A DNA stretch of 42,060 nucleotides from a virus: the UHGV virus genome UHGV-0469413; one strand, given 5' to 3'. The notes below the pieces were generated by a model that did not search any database, was not told the DNA's origin, and saw nothing but the letters and a program-made list of their open reading frames with translations. A program made the translations under genes and the position numbers. Of the stretch, positions 17,736 to 26,378 are shown piece after piece. Each line of letters starts with the position of its first letter. The stretch's first letter is position 1.

Positions 17736-19622
17736 ATGGACGAAGAGAATATTACAACAACGGAACAGCCAATCGGCACCAAAGAGATTGACGAGGCCCT
17801 TCAAACCCTGCTCCAGTACAAGCGCGATAAGCAGGCATTGACGGATCGGATCGTCAACGCAGAGGAGTGGTGGAAAAATAATCACTGGGACCGGTTCAGC
17901 AGTGCATCCAGTAATTCCAATGATACGCAGCCGGTCAGCGCCTGGCTGTTCAACAGCATTATTAACAAGCACGCTGACTTCATGGACAATTTCCCCTGTC
18001 CGGCTATCCTGGAGCGCGAGGAGAGCGACCGGGAGATCGCCAAAATGCTGTCCTCCGTGGTGCCGGTAATCCTGGAGCAGAACGGGTTTGAGCGGACTTA
18101 CTCGGAATGCTCCTGGGATAAGCCCAAGATCGGAACTGCAATCTATGGGGTGTTCTGGAACCCAGAGAAAGAGAACGGCCTGGGAGACATCGACATCAAG
18201 CACATGGACGTGATCAACATGTTTTGGGAAGCCGGGGTGGAGGATATCCAGAAGTCCCGCAATATCTTTACGGTCGAAATGATGGATCGGGACCTGCTGG
18301 AGGAGGAATACCCAGAAATCAAGGGCAAGACCCAAGCGGAAATCATCTATAAGCCGGAATATTTGTATGAGTCCAATTTGGACACCACCAATAAGGTGCA
18401 AGTAATCGACTGGTATTACAAAAAGCGCATACGCGCCGAAGTCAATGGGATCATGACCACGAAAACCATCCTGCATTACTGCAAGTTCATCCCTGGCGCG
18501 GTCTTGTACGCCACGGAAAACGACCCGGAAATGCAGTATACGGGCTGGTATGATCACGGAATGTACCCGTTCGTATGCGACGCCATGTTCCCGGAGAAGG
18601 GAAGCCCTGCGGGGTTCGGATACCTGGATATCATGGTCAATCCGCAAGAATATATCGACAAGTTGGACCAGGTGATCCTCAAAAATGCCATGCTGAATCG
18701 CCCCAGGTATTTCGTGTCGAACAGTGCAGGCATCAACGAGCAGGAATTTGCCGATATATCCAATGACTTTGTGCACTGCTCAGGCTCGGTTGATGAGTCC
18801 CAGATACAGCAGATCAAGGTCCCTCAGATGTCGGATGGTGTGTTCAAGATTCGCGAGGAGAAGATCGAAGAGCTGAAGGAGACATCCGGGAACCGCGACT
18901 TCTCCCAGGGCGGGACCACCTCCGGCGTGACCGCAGCAAGCGCCATTGCTGCGCTTCAGGAGGCCGGGAGTAAGCTTTCCCGCGACATGATCAAGAGCAC
19001 CTATACCGCATACTCCAGCACCGTCACAATGGTGATTGATCTGATCCGTCAATTCTACACGCTCCCGCGATGCTACAGAATCACGCAGCCCAATGGGGAA
19101 GCCCAGTATATCGAGCTGACCAATGAGAGTCTACAGCCACAGCAAGATAACATGATGGACGGGGAGCTTTCGGCCCGCAGACCGGTATTTGACATTAAGG
19201 TCGCGGCCCAAAAGGCCAGCCCCTACAGCCGGATCGCCAACAACGAGTTAGCCAAGGAGTTGTTCGGCATGGGCGTATTCAACCCGCAGATTGCGGATCA
19301 GGCAATGGCCGTGGTGACAATGATGGACTTCGACCGGCGCGACGAAGTCCTGAAAAAGATTCAGGAGAACGGCCTGATGTATCAACAGTTGCAGCAGATG
19401 CAGGCTGCTATGGTCCAGATGGCCGATATAATCGCGCAGACAACGGGAAACACCCAACTGCTGGACGCGGTGGGCCAGATGGCGGGACCGGCGCAGACCG
19501 GAATCAGCGTCAATCCGCAGCAGGTGAGAACCAATAGTCTGGGCGCGCCTGTAAGCACCGATAACAGCCAGGCAGGCCAGGCTCGCGAACGGGTTGCCAC
19601 GGCCACGGAGGTGCGAGCATGA
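17736..19622 (+). CDS. Portal protein
   Basis: 628 aa following terL. RBS AGGAGG. Confidence 0.8.
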   Translation: MDEENITTTEQPIGTKEIDEALQTLLQYKRDKQALTDRIVNAEEWWKNNHWDRFSSASSNSNDTQPVSAWLFNSIINKHADFMDNFPCPAILEREESDREIAKMLSSVVPVILEQNGFERTYSECSWDKPKIGTAIYGVFWNPEKENGLGDIDIKHMDVINMFWEAGVEDIQKSRNIFTVEMMDRDLLEEEYPEIKGKTQAEIIYKPEYLYESNLDTTNKVQVIDWYYKKRIRAEVNGIMTTKTILHYCKFIPGAVLYATENDPEMQYTGWYDHGMYPFVCDAMFPEKGSPAGFGYLDIMVNPQEYIDKLDQVILKNAMLNRPRYFVSNSAGINEQEFADISNDFVHCSGSVDESQIQQIKVPQMSDGVFKIREEKIEELKETSGNRDFSQGGTTSGVTAASAIAALQEAGSKLSRDMIKSTYTAYSSTVTMVIDLIRQFYTLPRCYRITQPNGEAQYIELTNESLQPQQDNMMDGELSARRPVFDIKVAAQKASPYSRIANNELAKELFGMGVFNPQIADQAMAVVTMMDFDRRDEVLKKIQENGLMYQQLQQMQAAMVQMADIIAQTTGNTQLLDAVGQMAGPAQTGISVNPQQVRTNSLGAPVSTDNSQAGQARERVATATEVRA

Positions 19623-20029
19623 CGAACGTATACATAACCAACGGGATGGGATACGCCCGCGTGAAGATCGAGGGACATGCCGGATATGGAGCAGCCAACC
19701 ACCTGCCGGAGGGCCATGATCTGGTATGCGCTTCCGTGTCCATTCTAGGACAGACCGCGATGCAGATCGCAATAGACATGGAGAGCGAGAAGAAAGTGAG
19801 CATTGCGCAAATGATCTGCACACCGGGTCTGATTGACCTGCGGATATTGCCGAAAAGCGCCCATGCTCAGGAGTTGCAAGACAAGATCGAGGCCATAAGG
19901 ACCGGCTTTGAAATCTTGTCAAGCACTTTTTCAGACTACGTGAAAATGGGGTGGGGGCATCGGGAAATAAAATCTGGTATGGTATACCCAGATGGCAAAT
20001 GCCTGGCTCTCGGGAAAGACCGTGAATAA
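19619..20029 (+). CDS. prp: Prp-family cysteine protease (ribosomal-processing protease homologue) for scaffold/capsid N-terminal trimming
   Basis: HAGY...DLVCASVS motif (His/Cys dyad). Located between portal and scaffold. Confidence 0.75.
   Translation: MTNVYITNGMGYARVKIEGHAGYGAANHLPEGHDLVCASVSILGQTAMQIAIDMESEKKVSIAQMICTPGLIDLRILPKSAHAQELQDKIEAIRTGFEILSSTFSDYVKMGWGHREIKSGMVYPDGKCLALGKDRE
19944..19974 (+). promoter_or_regulatory. Degenerate copy C of the conserved late-region motif, inside the 3' end of prp and ~90 bp upstream of the scaffold gene
   Basis: AAATGGGGTGGGGGCATCGGGAAATAAAAT shares the 20-nt core with copies A and B. Confidence 0.4.
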
Positions 20030-20053
20030 AAGACTCTCGGGAAAGACCGTGAA
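20007..20053 (+). repeat. Tandem 20-bp direct repeat CTCTCGGGAAAGACCGTGAA x2 (7-bp spacer) spanning the prp stop codon
   Basis: Exact duplication. The second copy leads into the scaffold RBS. Confidence 0.8.
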
Positions 20054-20065
20054 AGGAGAACCAAA

Positions 20066-20941
20066 ATGAGAAGAAAAATGTTACTTGCGAATCTGAGATT
20101 GTTTGATGGAGAAGGAGGCGCGGGAGCCGCCGCAGCCGCAACAGCACCGGCGGCAGAGGGAACCGAAACGGGAAGCGAAGCGGCAGAGGGGCAGGAAGCG
20201 GCAGAGGAAGAACCTGCGCAGCCGACGCCGGAGGAGCGCAAAGCGGCCTATGAGAAATTCAAGGCTGATTACAAGGACCTGTACAGTGAGGAGGTACAGG
20301 CCGAAATCAACCGCCGGTATCGAGAAAACCAGCAGCTCCATCAGCAGCTTGATTCCTACGGGCAGTTGCTTGACCTGCTGGGAGCACGATATCAGGTATC
20401 CGGTGGAAAGGTGGAGGACATTATCTCCGCCATTGAGAAGGACGACGCCATGTTTGAGGAGGCCGCAGCCAAGGAAGGGCTGACTGTGCAGCAGTACAAG
20501 GACATGCTGAATCTGCGCCGCCAGAACAATCAGCTCTTAAAGGCCCAGCAGCAGGCCGAACAGATTCGCCAGCGGGACCAGACCTGGGCCAGATGGAACC
20601 GGGAGGCAACGGAGTGCCAGCAGCAGTTCCCGAGATTCGACATGGATGCGGAATGCCAGAATCCCGAATTTGTCCGCCTCCTCGGCTCGGGAATCGATGT
20701 GACCACAGCTTATAAGGCGCTGCACTTTGACGAAATTAACCGCGGCCTGATCGCCACAGCAGAGAGCCAGACTAAAAAGAAGGTGGCAGACACAATCCGC
20801 TCCGGAGCGGCGCGGCCTTCTGAAAACGGAACAGGCAACGGAGCAGCCGCCAAACTCAAAGTGGATGTATGGAAGCTGAGCAAAGAGGAGTTCCGCAAAT
20901 TACAGGATCGAGTAGACAACGATGAAAAGATTGTGCTTTGA
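20066..20941 (+). CDS. Scaffolding protein (Ala/Glu/Gln-rich coiled coil)
   Basis: Composition and position. N-terminal LANLRLF|D resembles a Prp cleavage motif. Confidence 0.7.
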   Translation: MRRKMLLANLRLFDGEGGAGAAAAATAPAAEGTETGSEAAEGQEAAEEEPAQPTPEERKAAYEKFKADYKDLYSEEVQAEINRRYRENQQLHQQLDSYGQLLDLLGARYQVSGGKVEDIISAIEKDDAMFEEAAAKEGLTVQQYKDMLNLRRQNNQLLKAQQQAEQIRQRDQTWARWNREATECQQQFPRFDMDAECQNPEFVRLLGSGIDVTTAYKALHFDEINRGLIATAESQTKKKVADTIRSGAARPSENGTGNGAAAKLKVDVWKLSKEEFRKLQDRVDNDEKIVL

Positions 20942-20954
20942 CGAAAGGAGAACA

Positions 20955-21959
20955 ATGAACAGAACTATTAACAGAACCAGAGCCATTTTGAAGGTGAACC
21001 TGAGATTATTTGAGCTTAACACAACTGGCACTGATACGCTCAGCGCCGAGATGAAAACATTTTATGATCGGACCCTGATTGAAACGGCAGAGCCGAACCT
21101 GGTACATGATCAGGCGGCACAGACGAGAAATATTCCTAAGAACGGGGGCAAAAAGATTGAGTTTAGACGCTATAATCCGTTGGAGAAAGCCTTAACGCCG
21201 CTGACCGAGGGTGTAACACCTGAAGGACAGAAGATGAGCGTTACCACGCTGGAGGCAGAGGTTAAGCAGTACGGCGGATATATTTCCCTGTCTGACCTGC
21301 TGATCCTGACGGCAATCGACAAAAACATCCAGGAAGCCACCAAGATGATCGGCTCCCAGGCTGGACGGACTCTCGACACCATTTCGCGTGAGGTTATGAA
21401 CACTGGAACCAATGTGATTTTTGGTGATGGTACAGTGACCGCTAGAAATCAGATTACCGCGAACATGAAACTGACCGTCGATATGGTCAAGCGTGCGGTC
21501 AGAGCATTAAAGGTGCAGCACGCGGAGAAGATCAACGGACATTATCTGGGCATCATCCACCAGGATTGCGCCTATGACCTGACCAGCGACAAGGAGCGTT
21601 TTATCGATGTGATCAAGTATAAGAACCCGGAACGTATCTATAATGGCGAGATCGGAACCCTTGAAGATGTCCGTTTCGTTGAAACTTCGGAAGCCAAGAA
21701 GTTCGTGAGCGCCGGAGCGGATGGGATTGATGTATATTCCACACTGATCATTGGCGAAAATGCTTACGCAACAACGAAGGTTGAGGGCGGAGGATTGGAG
21801 ACAATCATCAAGCAGCTTGGAAGCGCTGGAACCGCTGATCCGCTCAACCAGCGCGCAACGGTGGGCTGGAAAGCCCTGAAAGTAACTGAAATCCTGACGG
21901 AACAGTATATGATCCGCATTGAAACGGCATCTACATTCAATGATCACGCCGCGAACTAA
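20955..21959 (+). CDS. Major capsid protein
   Basis: 334 aa after the scaffold gene. N-terminal VNLRLF|E motif shared with the scaffold. RBS AAAGGAGAA. Confidence 0.75.
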   Translation: MNRTINRTRAILKVNLRLFELNTTGTDTLSAEMKTFYDRTLIETAEPNLVHDQAAQTRNIPKNGGKKIEFRRYNPLEKALTPLTEGVTPEGQKMSVTTLEAEVKQYGGYISLSDLLILTAIDKNIQEATKMIGSQAGRTLDTISREVMNTGTNVIFGDGTVTARNQITANMKLTVDMVKRAVRALKVQHAEKINGHYLGIIHQDCAYDLTSDKERFIDVIKYKNPERIYNGEIGTLEDVRFVETSEAKKFVSAGADGIDVYSTLIIGENAYATTKVEGGGLETIIKQLGSAGTADPLNQRATVGWKALKVTEILTEQYMIRIETASTFNDHAAN

Positions 21960-21969
21960 GGAGGGGACT

Positions 21970-22308
21970 ATGGCTAGAAGCAAAATCGAAGCAACCACAG
22001 AGACTATTACTGCCGAGGTAATGGAAGACGAGAAAACCGTAGAAAAAGAAACTACGGTTGAGAATGCTATGGAGAAGGAGCCTCCCAAAAAGGAACCGGA
22101 AAAGACGGTAAGATTCAAACTGTTTAAAGATGGTGGAAAGTACAAAGGGGATAAATTCGTGGGTGTCAATGGAAAGGGATATTTGGTGGAACGCGGTGTA
22201 TGGGTTGATCTGCCGGAATCCGTCTACAACGTGCTGGCGCTGTCTGAGGAGCAGATTCAGGTAGCCGAGCGCGTGATGGAAGAAAGTCGGATGGTGGAAT
22301 ACAAATAA
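21970..22308 (+). CDS. Small Lys/Glu-rich structural protein (decoration or head-completion candidate)
   Basis: ATG at 21970 after AGGAGGGGA. The track ORF starts upstream at 21919. Confidence 0.5.
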   Translation: MARSKIEATTETITAEVMEDEKTVEKETTVENAMEKEPPKKEPEKTVRFKLFKDGGKYKGDKFVGVNGKGYLVERGVWVDLPESVYNVLALSEEQIQVAERVMEESRMVEYK

Positions 22309-22324
22309 TCTGGAGGTGGGATAG

Positions 22325-23608
22325 ATGATAACAGTCAGAGGACGGCAACTGGTGATCCCGAGAGACGAGAACGTGATTGGGACAACCTATGACGATCATT
22401 CTGAGGTCAGGCACTTCCTGATTGACCGTGTAACCACCGGCGGAATTGATCTGTCTCACCTCCATTTTCGCCTGGACCTGGAGTATCAAGGCGAGAAAAA
22501 GGACACAAGCCTGCTGGACGTTGAGGTACGAGAGGATAGTATCCTTCTGACCTGGACAATACCGCGCAGCTGCTTGGCAACTGCCGGAACCGTATGGATC
22601 GCCATTCGCGGATACGACGATAACGGCACAGTCAAGTGGGCCACAAACAAAGGGGCGGTATATGTCGAGGACACAATCGATACCCCTGGAAGTAACCCTC
22701 CGGGCCTGACGGAGCTGGAGCAGTTGGAGCGCCGGATCGAGGAAAAAACCGAAACGCTGGACGCCAACGAAGGAGAGCGCCAGCAGAATGAGACGATCCG
22801 GCAGGAAAACGAGCAGAGACGCCAGAACAACGAGGCAGAGTGGCAGAAGCAGGCAGAGGCGGCAATCAGCCAGGCCAACACCACCTTGCAGGGAGCCAAT
22901 GCCGCCATGGAGGCGGCGCAAGGATCGGAAACAAGTGCGGCTGAATCTGCTACAGCCGCAAACGCATCCAAGGAAGCCGCGGAAGGCAGCGCCAGCGCAG
23001 CAGAGGAGAGCGCGGCAGAAGCCCAGCGGATATCCCAGGGATTTGCGGGATTTGATGGCACAGCCCTGTCAGTCCCGGCGGTGGACGTGCAGGGGCTTGT
23101 AGGGCAGGCTGGAAGCACGAGCAACGTCCAAGCGCTGATGAACTATCTGGCCGTGAAAGTGGCGCAGGAACTGGTCAGCAACGAAGCACTGACCACAATG
23201 CTGCTGAACTATGTGACGAAATCATCCATTGTACAGACGGAGAGCACAGACCCCACCACGGTGCCCTCAAGCCCCTATTTCAAGCAAGTCGCTGATAAAC
23301 TAACTAGTGATTTAGGCGATCTTTCAACTGATCTATCCAATATCCATACAGAACTGACCCCGCTTAAATCCTATTACGTTAATAATATCAACAACAACAT
23401 AGTTAATAAGGTTAATATTGTGCTGTGGGATGCCAACACTGCGGATTCACCATTCAAGGCTGGCAATACCATCCGCGGTAATGGTTTTTGTATTACTTAT
23501 AGTTCTGGAGAACCTTACCTTTGCCAGCTCGCTATGGCCGTGGGAGACTCTAATTTGTTTACCCGACACCGCAGTCAGGAGGGATGGAGCGGATGGACTA
23601 CCAAATGA
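22325..23608 (+). CDS. Fibre protein (candidate head fibre given its position after the major capsid protein), with an Ala/Glu/Ser-rich coiled-coil shaft and a switchable C-terminal receptor-binding domain
   Basis: 427 aa. Coiled-coil shaft QANTTLQGANAAMEAAQGSETSAAES. The last ~100 codons lie inside the invertible cassette 23305-23915. Confidence 0.7.
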   Translation: MITVRGRQLVIPRDENVIGTTYDDHSEVRHFLIDRVTTGGIDLSHLHFRLDLEYQGEKKDTSLLDVEVREDSILLTWTIPRSCLATAGTVWIAIRGYDDNGTVKWATNKGAVYVEDTIDTPGSNPPGLTELEQLERRIEEKTETLDANEGERQQNETIRQENEQRRQNNEAEWQKQAEAAISQANTTLQGANAAMEAAQGSETSAAESATAANASKEAAEGSASAAEESAAEAQRISQGFAGFDGTALSVPAVDVQGLVGQAGSTSNVQALMNYLAVKVAQELVSNEALTTMLLNYVTKSSIVQTESTDPTTVPSSPYFKQVADKLTSDLGDLSTDLSNIHTELTPLKSYYVNNINNNIVNKVNIVLWDANTADSPFKAGNTIRGNGFCITYSSGEPYLCQLAMAVGDSNLFTRHRSQEGWSGWTTK

Positions 23609-23915
23609 TCAATCAGCAGCAATATAAGCAAAATTTATGGTGCACTGTTCGTTCATCATTGCTGTAGGTATATTACATAGCAACATACCATCCAAGTCTA
23701 GTAAGCCAAAAGAAGCAACCTTTGCATACCCCGTAATTTGAAAAGCAACTTTGTATTTAGGGCGCACTGCAAGCCCTGCTAATGTAAGGGGTGTTCCAGC
23801 CTGATTAGGAACAATAATACCGGAAACAAGGCAAATTTTTCCTAGTTGTCTACATTCAACACTAGCGCTGGTTAATCCCGCAGCATTGGCACCAAAATCA
23901 AATGCTAAATCACTA
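23305..23915. other. Invertible DNA segment (Mu G / P1 C / shufflon-like) bounded by 11-bp inverted repeats TAGTGATTTAG (23305-23315) and CTAAATCACTA (23905-23915). It carries two convergent alternative fibre C-termini that meet at the palindrome TGATCA (23606-23611).
   Basis: Both IR copies encode Ser-Asp-Leu in frame with the constant part of the fibre. Inversion would fuse the minus-strand cassette to codon 327. The cassette is AT-richer than the backbone. Confidence 0.7.
23609..23904 (-). CDS. Promoterless alternative C-terminal receptor-binding cassette (Sv'-like) of the fibre gene
   Basis: Open minus-strand frame AFDFGANAAGLTSASVECRQLGKICLV...CTINFAYIAAD* with no start codon. The stop abuts the plus-strand fibre stop. 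Confidence 0.6.
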
Positions 23916-23973
23916 TATTGAGTAGTAACTCATCCACCAACAACGCCCCGGATACTCCGGGAGAAAGGAATCT

Positions 23974-24384
23974 ATGAACGAGAAAATAAGACTAAAAAAC
24001 GGAAATGAGTATCCGCTGGCTATTGGCGGGACAAATTCTACGTCTACAACCCTGTGGTTGATCTTCCGGTCAGATGAACCGTTGGAGAATCTGATCGCTA
24101 CATTTTCAGACCCGGCAAACACGGAGCAGATCAAGACTATCAACGAGGATGGAAGCACGCTGGCCGTGTATGACGGCTACACGGTGCTGGACAACCCCAA
24201 AGCCGTGGATGATCATCGTCTGATTACGCCGGAGCAGTACGATGAAGAAGGTAATGTTACCTTGGCAGCTGTATATGGACGTGTGGCGCTCCTTGCGCTC
24301 TCTCGCCCCGCTGTGGAGGCTAAGGTGGAGCAGAATCGGGCCGATATTGATTTCTTGGCAATCATGACCGGTACAAACCTGTAA
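23974..24384 (+). CDS. Hypothetical protein (XkdW-like position)
   Basis: 136 aa. RBS GAGAAAGGAA. Confidence 0.55.
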   Translation: MNEKIRLKNGNEYPLAIGGTNSTSTTLWLIFRSDEPLENLIATFSDPANTEQIKTINEDGSTLAVYDGYTVLDNPKAVDDHRLITPEQYDEEGNVTLAAVYGRVALLALSRPAVEAKVEQNRADIDFLAIMTGTNL

Positions 24385-24395
24385 GGAGGTAATCT

Positions 24396-24530
24396 ATGAA
24401 CGTGAAAGCACTGGCCCAGAAATACTATCCCCGTCTGTGGGATATCGACCGTCTCAAAGTCCTGGTAGCCGCCGGGAAGCTGACGGAGGCTGACTACAAA
24501 GAGATCACGGGAGAGGAGTACAAGGTATGA
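24396..24530 (+). CDS. XkdX-family small protein
   Basis: 44 aa MNVKALAQKYYPRLWDIDRLKVLVAAGKLTEADYKEITGEEYKV. RBS AAGGAGG. ATGA overlap with the holin gene. Confidence 0.55.
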   Translation: MNVKALAQKYYPRLWDIDRLKVLVAAGKLTEADYKEITGEEYKV

Positions 24531-25018
24531 AAAAGGAATATATAATTGCCATCCAGGGGGCCGTGACCGCTGTGGTGGCCTATCTCTCGGATCGCTTGGG
24601 AGTCCTGTTCCCGGTAATGTGCATACTGGTATTCGCCATGGTAGCTGATTATTTCAGCGGAATGATGGCGAGCAAACGGGAAGCCTTGGATCACCCCGGT
24701 GATCCGGCTTACGGATGGTCCAGCAAAAAAGGCGCGAAGGGAATTATTAAGAAGGTAAGCTACTTGTGTGTGATCGCCGTTGCTATGATCGTAGATTACG
24801 TGATCGCCGTGGCTGCCGGATATCTGGATATCACAATGCCGGTGACGGCTTTCTTCGGCCTCCTGGTGACATTATGGTATATTTTGAATGAGCTGTTGTC
24901 CATCATTGAGAATGCCGGACGCATGGGCGGCCAGGTCCCGGAGTGGCTGCGCAAATATATCGCGGTCCTGAAGGACAAGATTGATAGAGAATATGATGCA
25001 GGTGATAAGGGAACCTGA
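24527..25018 (+). CDS. Holin
   Basis: 163 aa with multiple TM helices immediately upstream of the endolysin. Confidence 0.7.
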   Translation: MKKEYIIAIQGAVTAVVAYLSDRLGVLFPVMCILVFAMVADYFSGMMASKREALDHPGDPAYGWSSKKGAKGIIKKVSYLCVIAVAMIVDYVIAVAAGYLDITMPVTAFFGLLVTLWYILNELLSIIENAGRMGGQVPEWLRKYIAVLKDKIDREYDAGDKGT

Positions 25019-25117
25019 AGGAGGTGATCCAACATCTCCCACCGGATGGGTTAATACCGGACGATACATATACAACAGCCCTGGGGAGACTCAGGGCATT
25101 ATTTTTAGAGGAGGTTA

Positions 25118-25897
25118 ATGATGAAAGCAGTGGACAAGCTTCTGAGAACTGCCAGAGCAGAGAAAGGATATTTGGAGAAGCGTAGCAATGAGCAGCTCGA
25201 CGATAAAGCAGCCAACGCCGGAAATGGAAACTACACCAAGTACGCCCGCGACCTGTATCCGGCATTACAGGGACAGCCATGGTGCGATATGTACAATGAT
25301 TGGTGTTTCGTACAGGCATTTGGACGGATCGACGCCGAGCGGCTTCTGGGCGGCGGATTTAGCGCCTACACGCCTACGTCAGCACAATATTATAAGGATC
25401 GGGGCCAGTACCACAAGACCGATCCGCAGCGTGGCGATCAGATATTTTTCCGCGGCCCAGACCGGATTAACCACACCGGCATTGTGACAGATGTGACGAT
25501 GACCAAGGTGCGAACAATCGAGGGTAATACCAGTGCAGGTCCCGCGGTGATCCCCAACGGCGGTGCTGTCTGCGAAAAGGAGTACAGCCTGGACAACACC
25601 CGGATCGATGGATATGGACGGCCAGACTGGTCCTTAGTAGAGCAGCCGGAGTATATACCGGGTTGGCACCATGATAGCAACGGTTGGTGGTATGCTGATA
25701 CCCCGCAGAGCTATTACCGTAGCTGTTGGCAGATCATCAACCACCATAAGTATTACTTCAATCCGGATGGTTATGCAGTCACCAACTGGCAGGTAATCGA
25801 TGGGGATGATTATTACTTCGAACCACGCGCGGGCCATCCGCTGGAATGCGCATTGTATGTTGCGCCGGCTGGGAAACAGTACATAGGGGAGTTCTAA
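25118..25897 (+). CDS. Endolysin: N-terminal CHAP-like amidase/peptidase domain plus C-terminal CW_binding_1 (GW/YY) cell-wall-binding repeats
   Basis: Cys...His (PWCDMY ... INHTGIV) catalytic pair. Repeats GWHHDSNGWWYAD / KYYFNPDGYAVTNWQ / DYYFEPRAG. RBS GAGGAGG. Confidence 0.8.
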   Translation: MMKAVDKLLRTARAEKGYLEKRSNEQLDDKAANAGNGNYTKYARDLYPALQGQPWCDMYNDWCFVQAFGRIDAERLLGGGFSAYTPTSAQYYKDRGQYHKTDPQRGDQIFFRGPDRINHTGIVTDVTMTKVRTIEGNTSAGPAVIPNGGAVCEKEYSLDNTRIDGYGRPDWSLVEQPEYIPGWHHDSNGWWYADTPQSYYRSCWQIINHHKYYFNPDGYAVTNWQVIDGDDYYFEPRAGHPLECALYVAPAGKQYIGEF

Positions 25898-25903
25898 CAC
25901 ATT

Positions 25904-25929
25904 GGCAGGTCATTACGGCCTGCCTTTTG
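25904..25929 (+). terminator. Intrinsic terminator after the endolysin gene (GGCAGG...CCTGCC stem plus TTTT)
   Basis: 6-bp GC stem, 9-nt loop, followed by a T-run. Confidence 0.55.
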
Positions 25930-25937
25930 CGTGCGAG

Positions 25938-25989
25938 AATGGGGTGGGGGCATCGGCAAAAAAAATTAGATAAAATGGTTGACAGGAGG
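25938..25989 (+). promoter_or_regulatory. Conserved late-region motif copy B immediately upstream of the connector/tail operon
   Basis: AATGGGGTGGGGGCATCGGCAAAAAAAATTAGATAAAATGGTTGACAGGAGG, about 90% identical to copy A. Confidence 0.5.
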
Positions 25990-25997
25990 GAAATGCT

Positions 25998-26369
25998 ATG
26001 ACGCTTGGAAAATTAATAGAAAAGATTGTGGAACAGAAGGGACAGCAATATGACACGGGAATCCTGACGGACTGGGTGAACGAGATCGAGGGCCAGGCAG
26101 TGGACGAGGTGATCAACCAGGCAGAGGGCTACAATATCGCGTTCGTACCCTATGATTACGTTCAGGATGCGGAACGCACCTTGCGGATTCCAGATAGATT
26201 CCAGGACGTATACCTGAACTATCTGCACGCCAAGATCGACTTCGGAAACCAGGAGACGGAGCGCTACAACAACGACGTGGCAATGTATAACGCATCCTAC
26301 GAGGCATATGCGGCGTGGTTCCGGCGGGAGAATCGCCCTAAGAAGCGCGCCATGTTCTCAAAATTTTAG
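25998..26369 (+). CDS. Head-tail connector/adaptor-like protein
   Basis: 123 aa. First gene after the lysis cassette. RBS GACAGGAGGG. Confidence 0.45.
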   Translation: MTLGKLIEKIVEQKGQQYDTGILTDWVNEIEGQAVDEVINQAEGYNIAFVPYDYVQDAERTLRIPDRFQDVYLNYLHAKIDFGNQETERYNNDVAMYNASYEAYAAWFRRENRPKKRAMFSKF

Positions 26370-26378
26370 GAGGTGCCT

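Noticed and set aside
17478-18776. 432-aa minus-strand ORF
   Set aside because: Antisense to terL and the portal gene. Repetitive hydrophobic composition. The sense genes carry clear motifs and RBSs.
19248-20147. 299-aa minus-strand ORF
   Set aside because: Antisense across the portal 3' end, prp and the scaffold start. Arg/Ser/Leu-rich sequence typical of a reverse-frame artefact.
22325-23921. Diversity-generating retroelement as the source of fibre variation
   Set aside because: No reverse transcriptase gene and no template-repeat/variable-repeat pair. Variation is instead explained by the inversion cassette.
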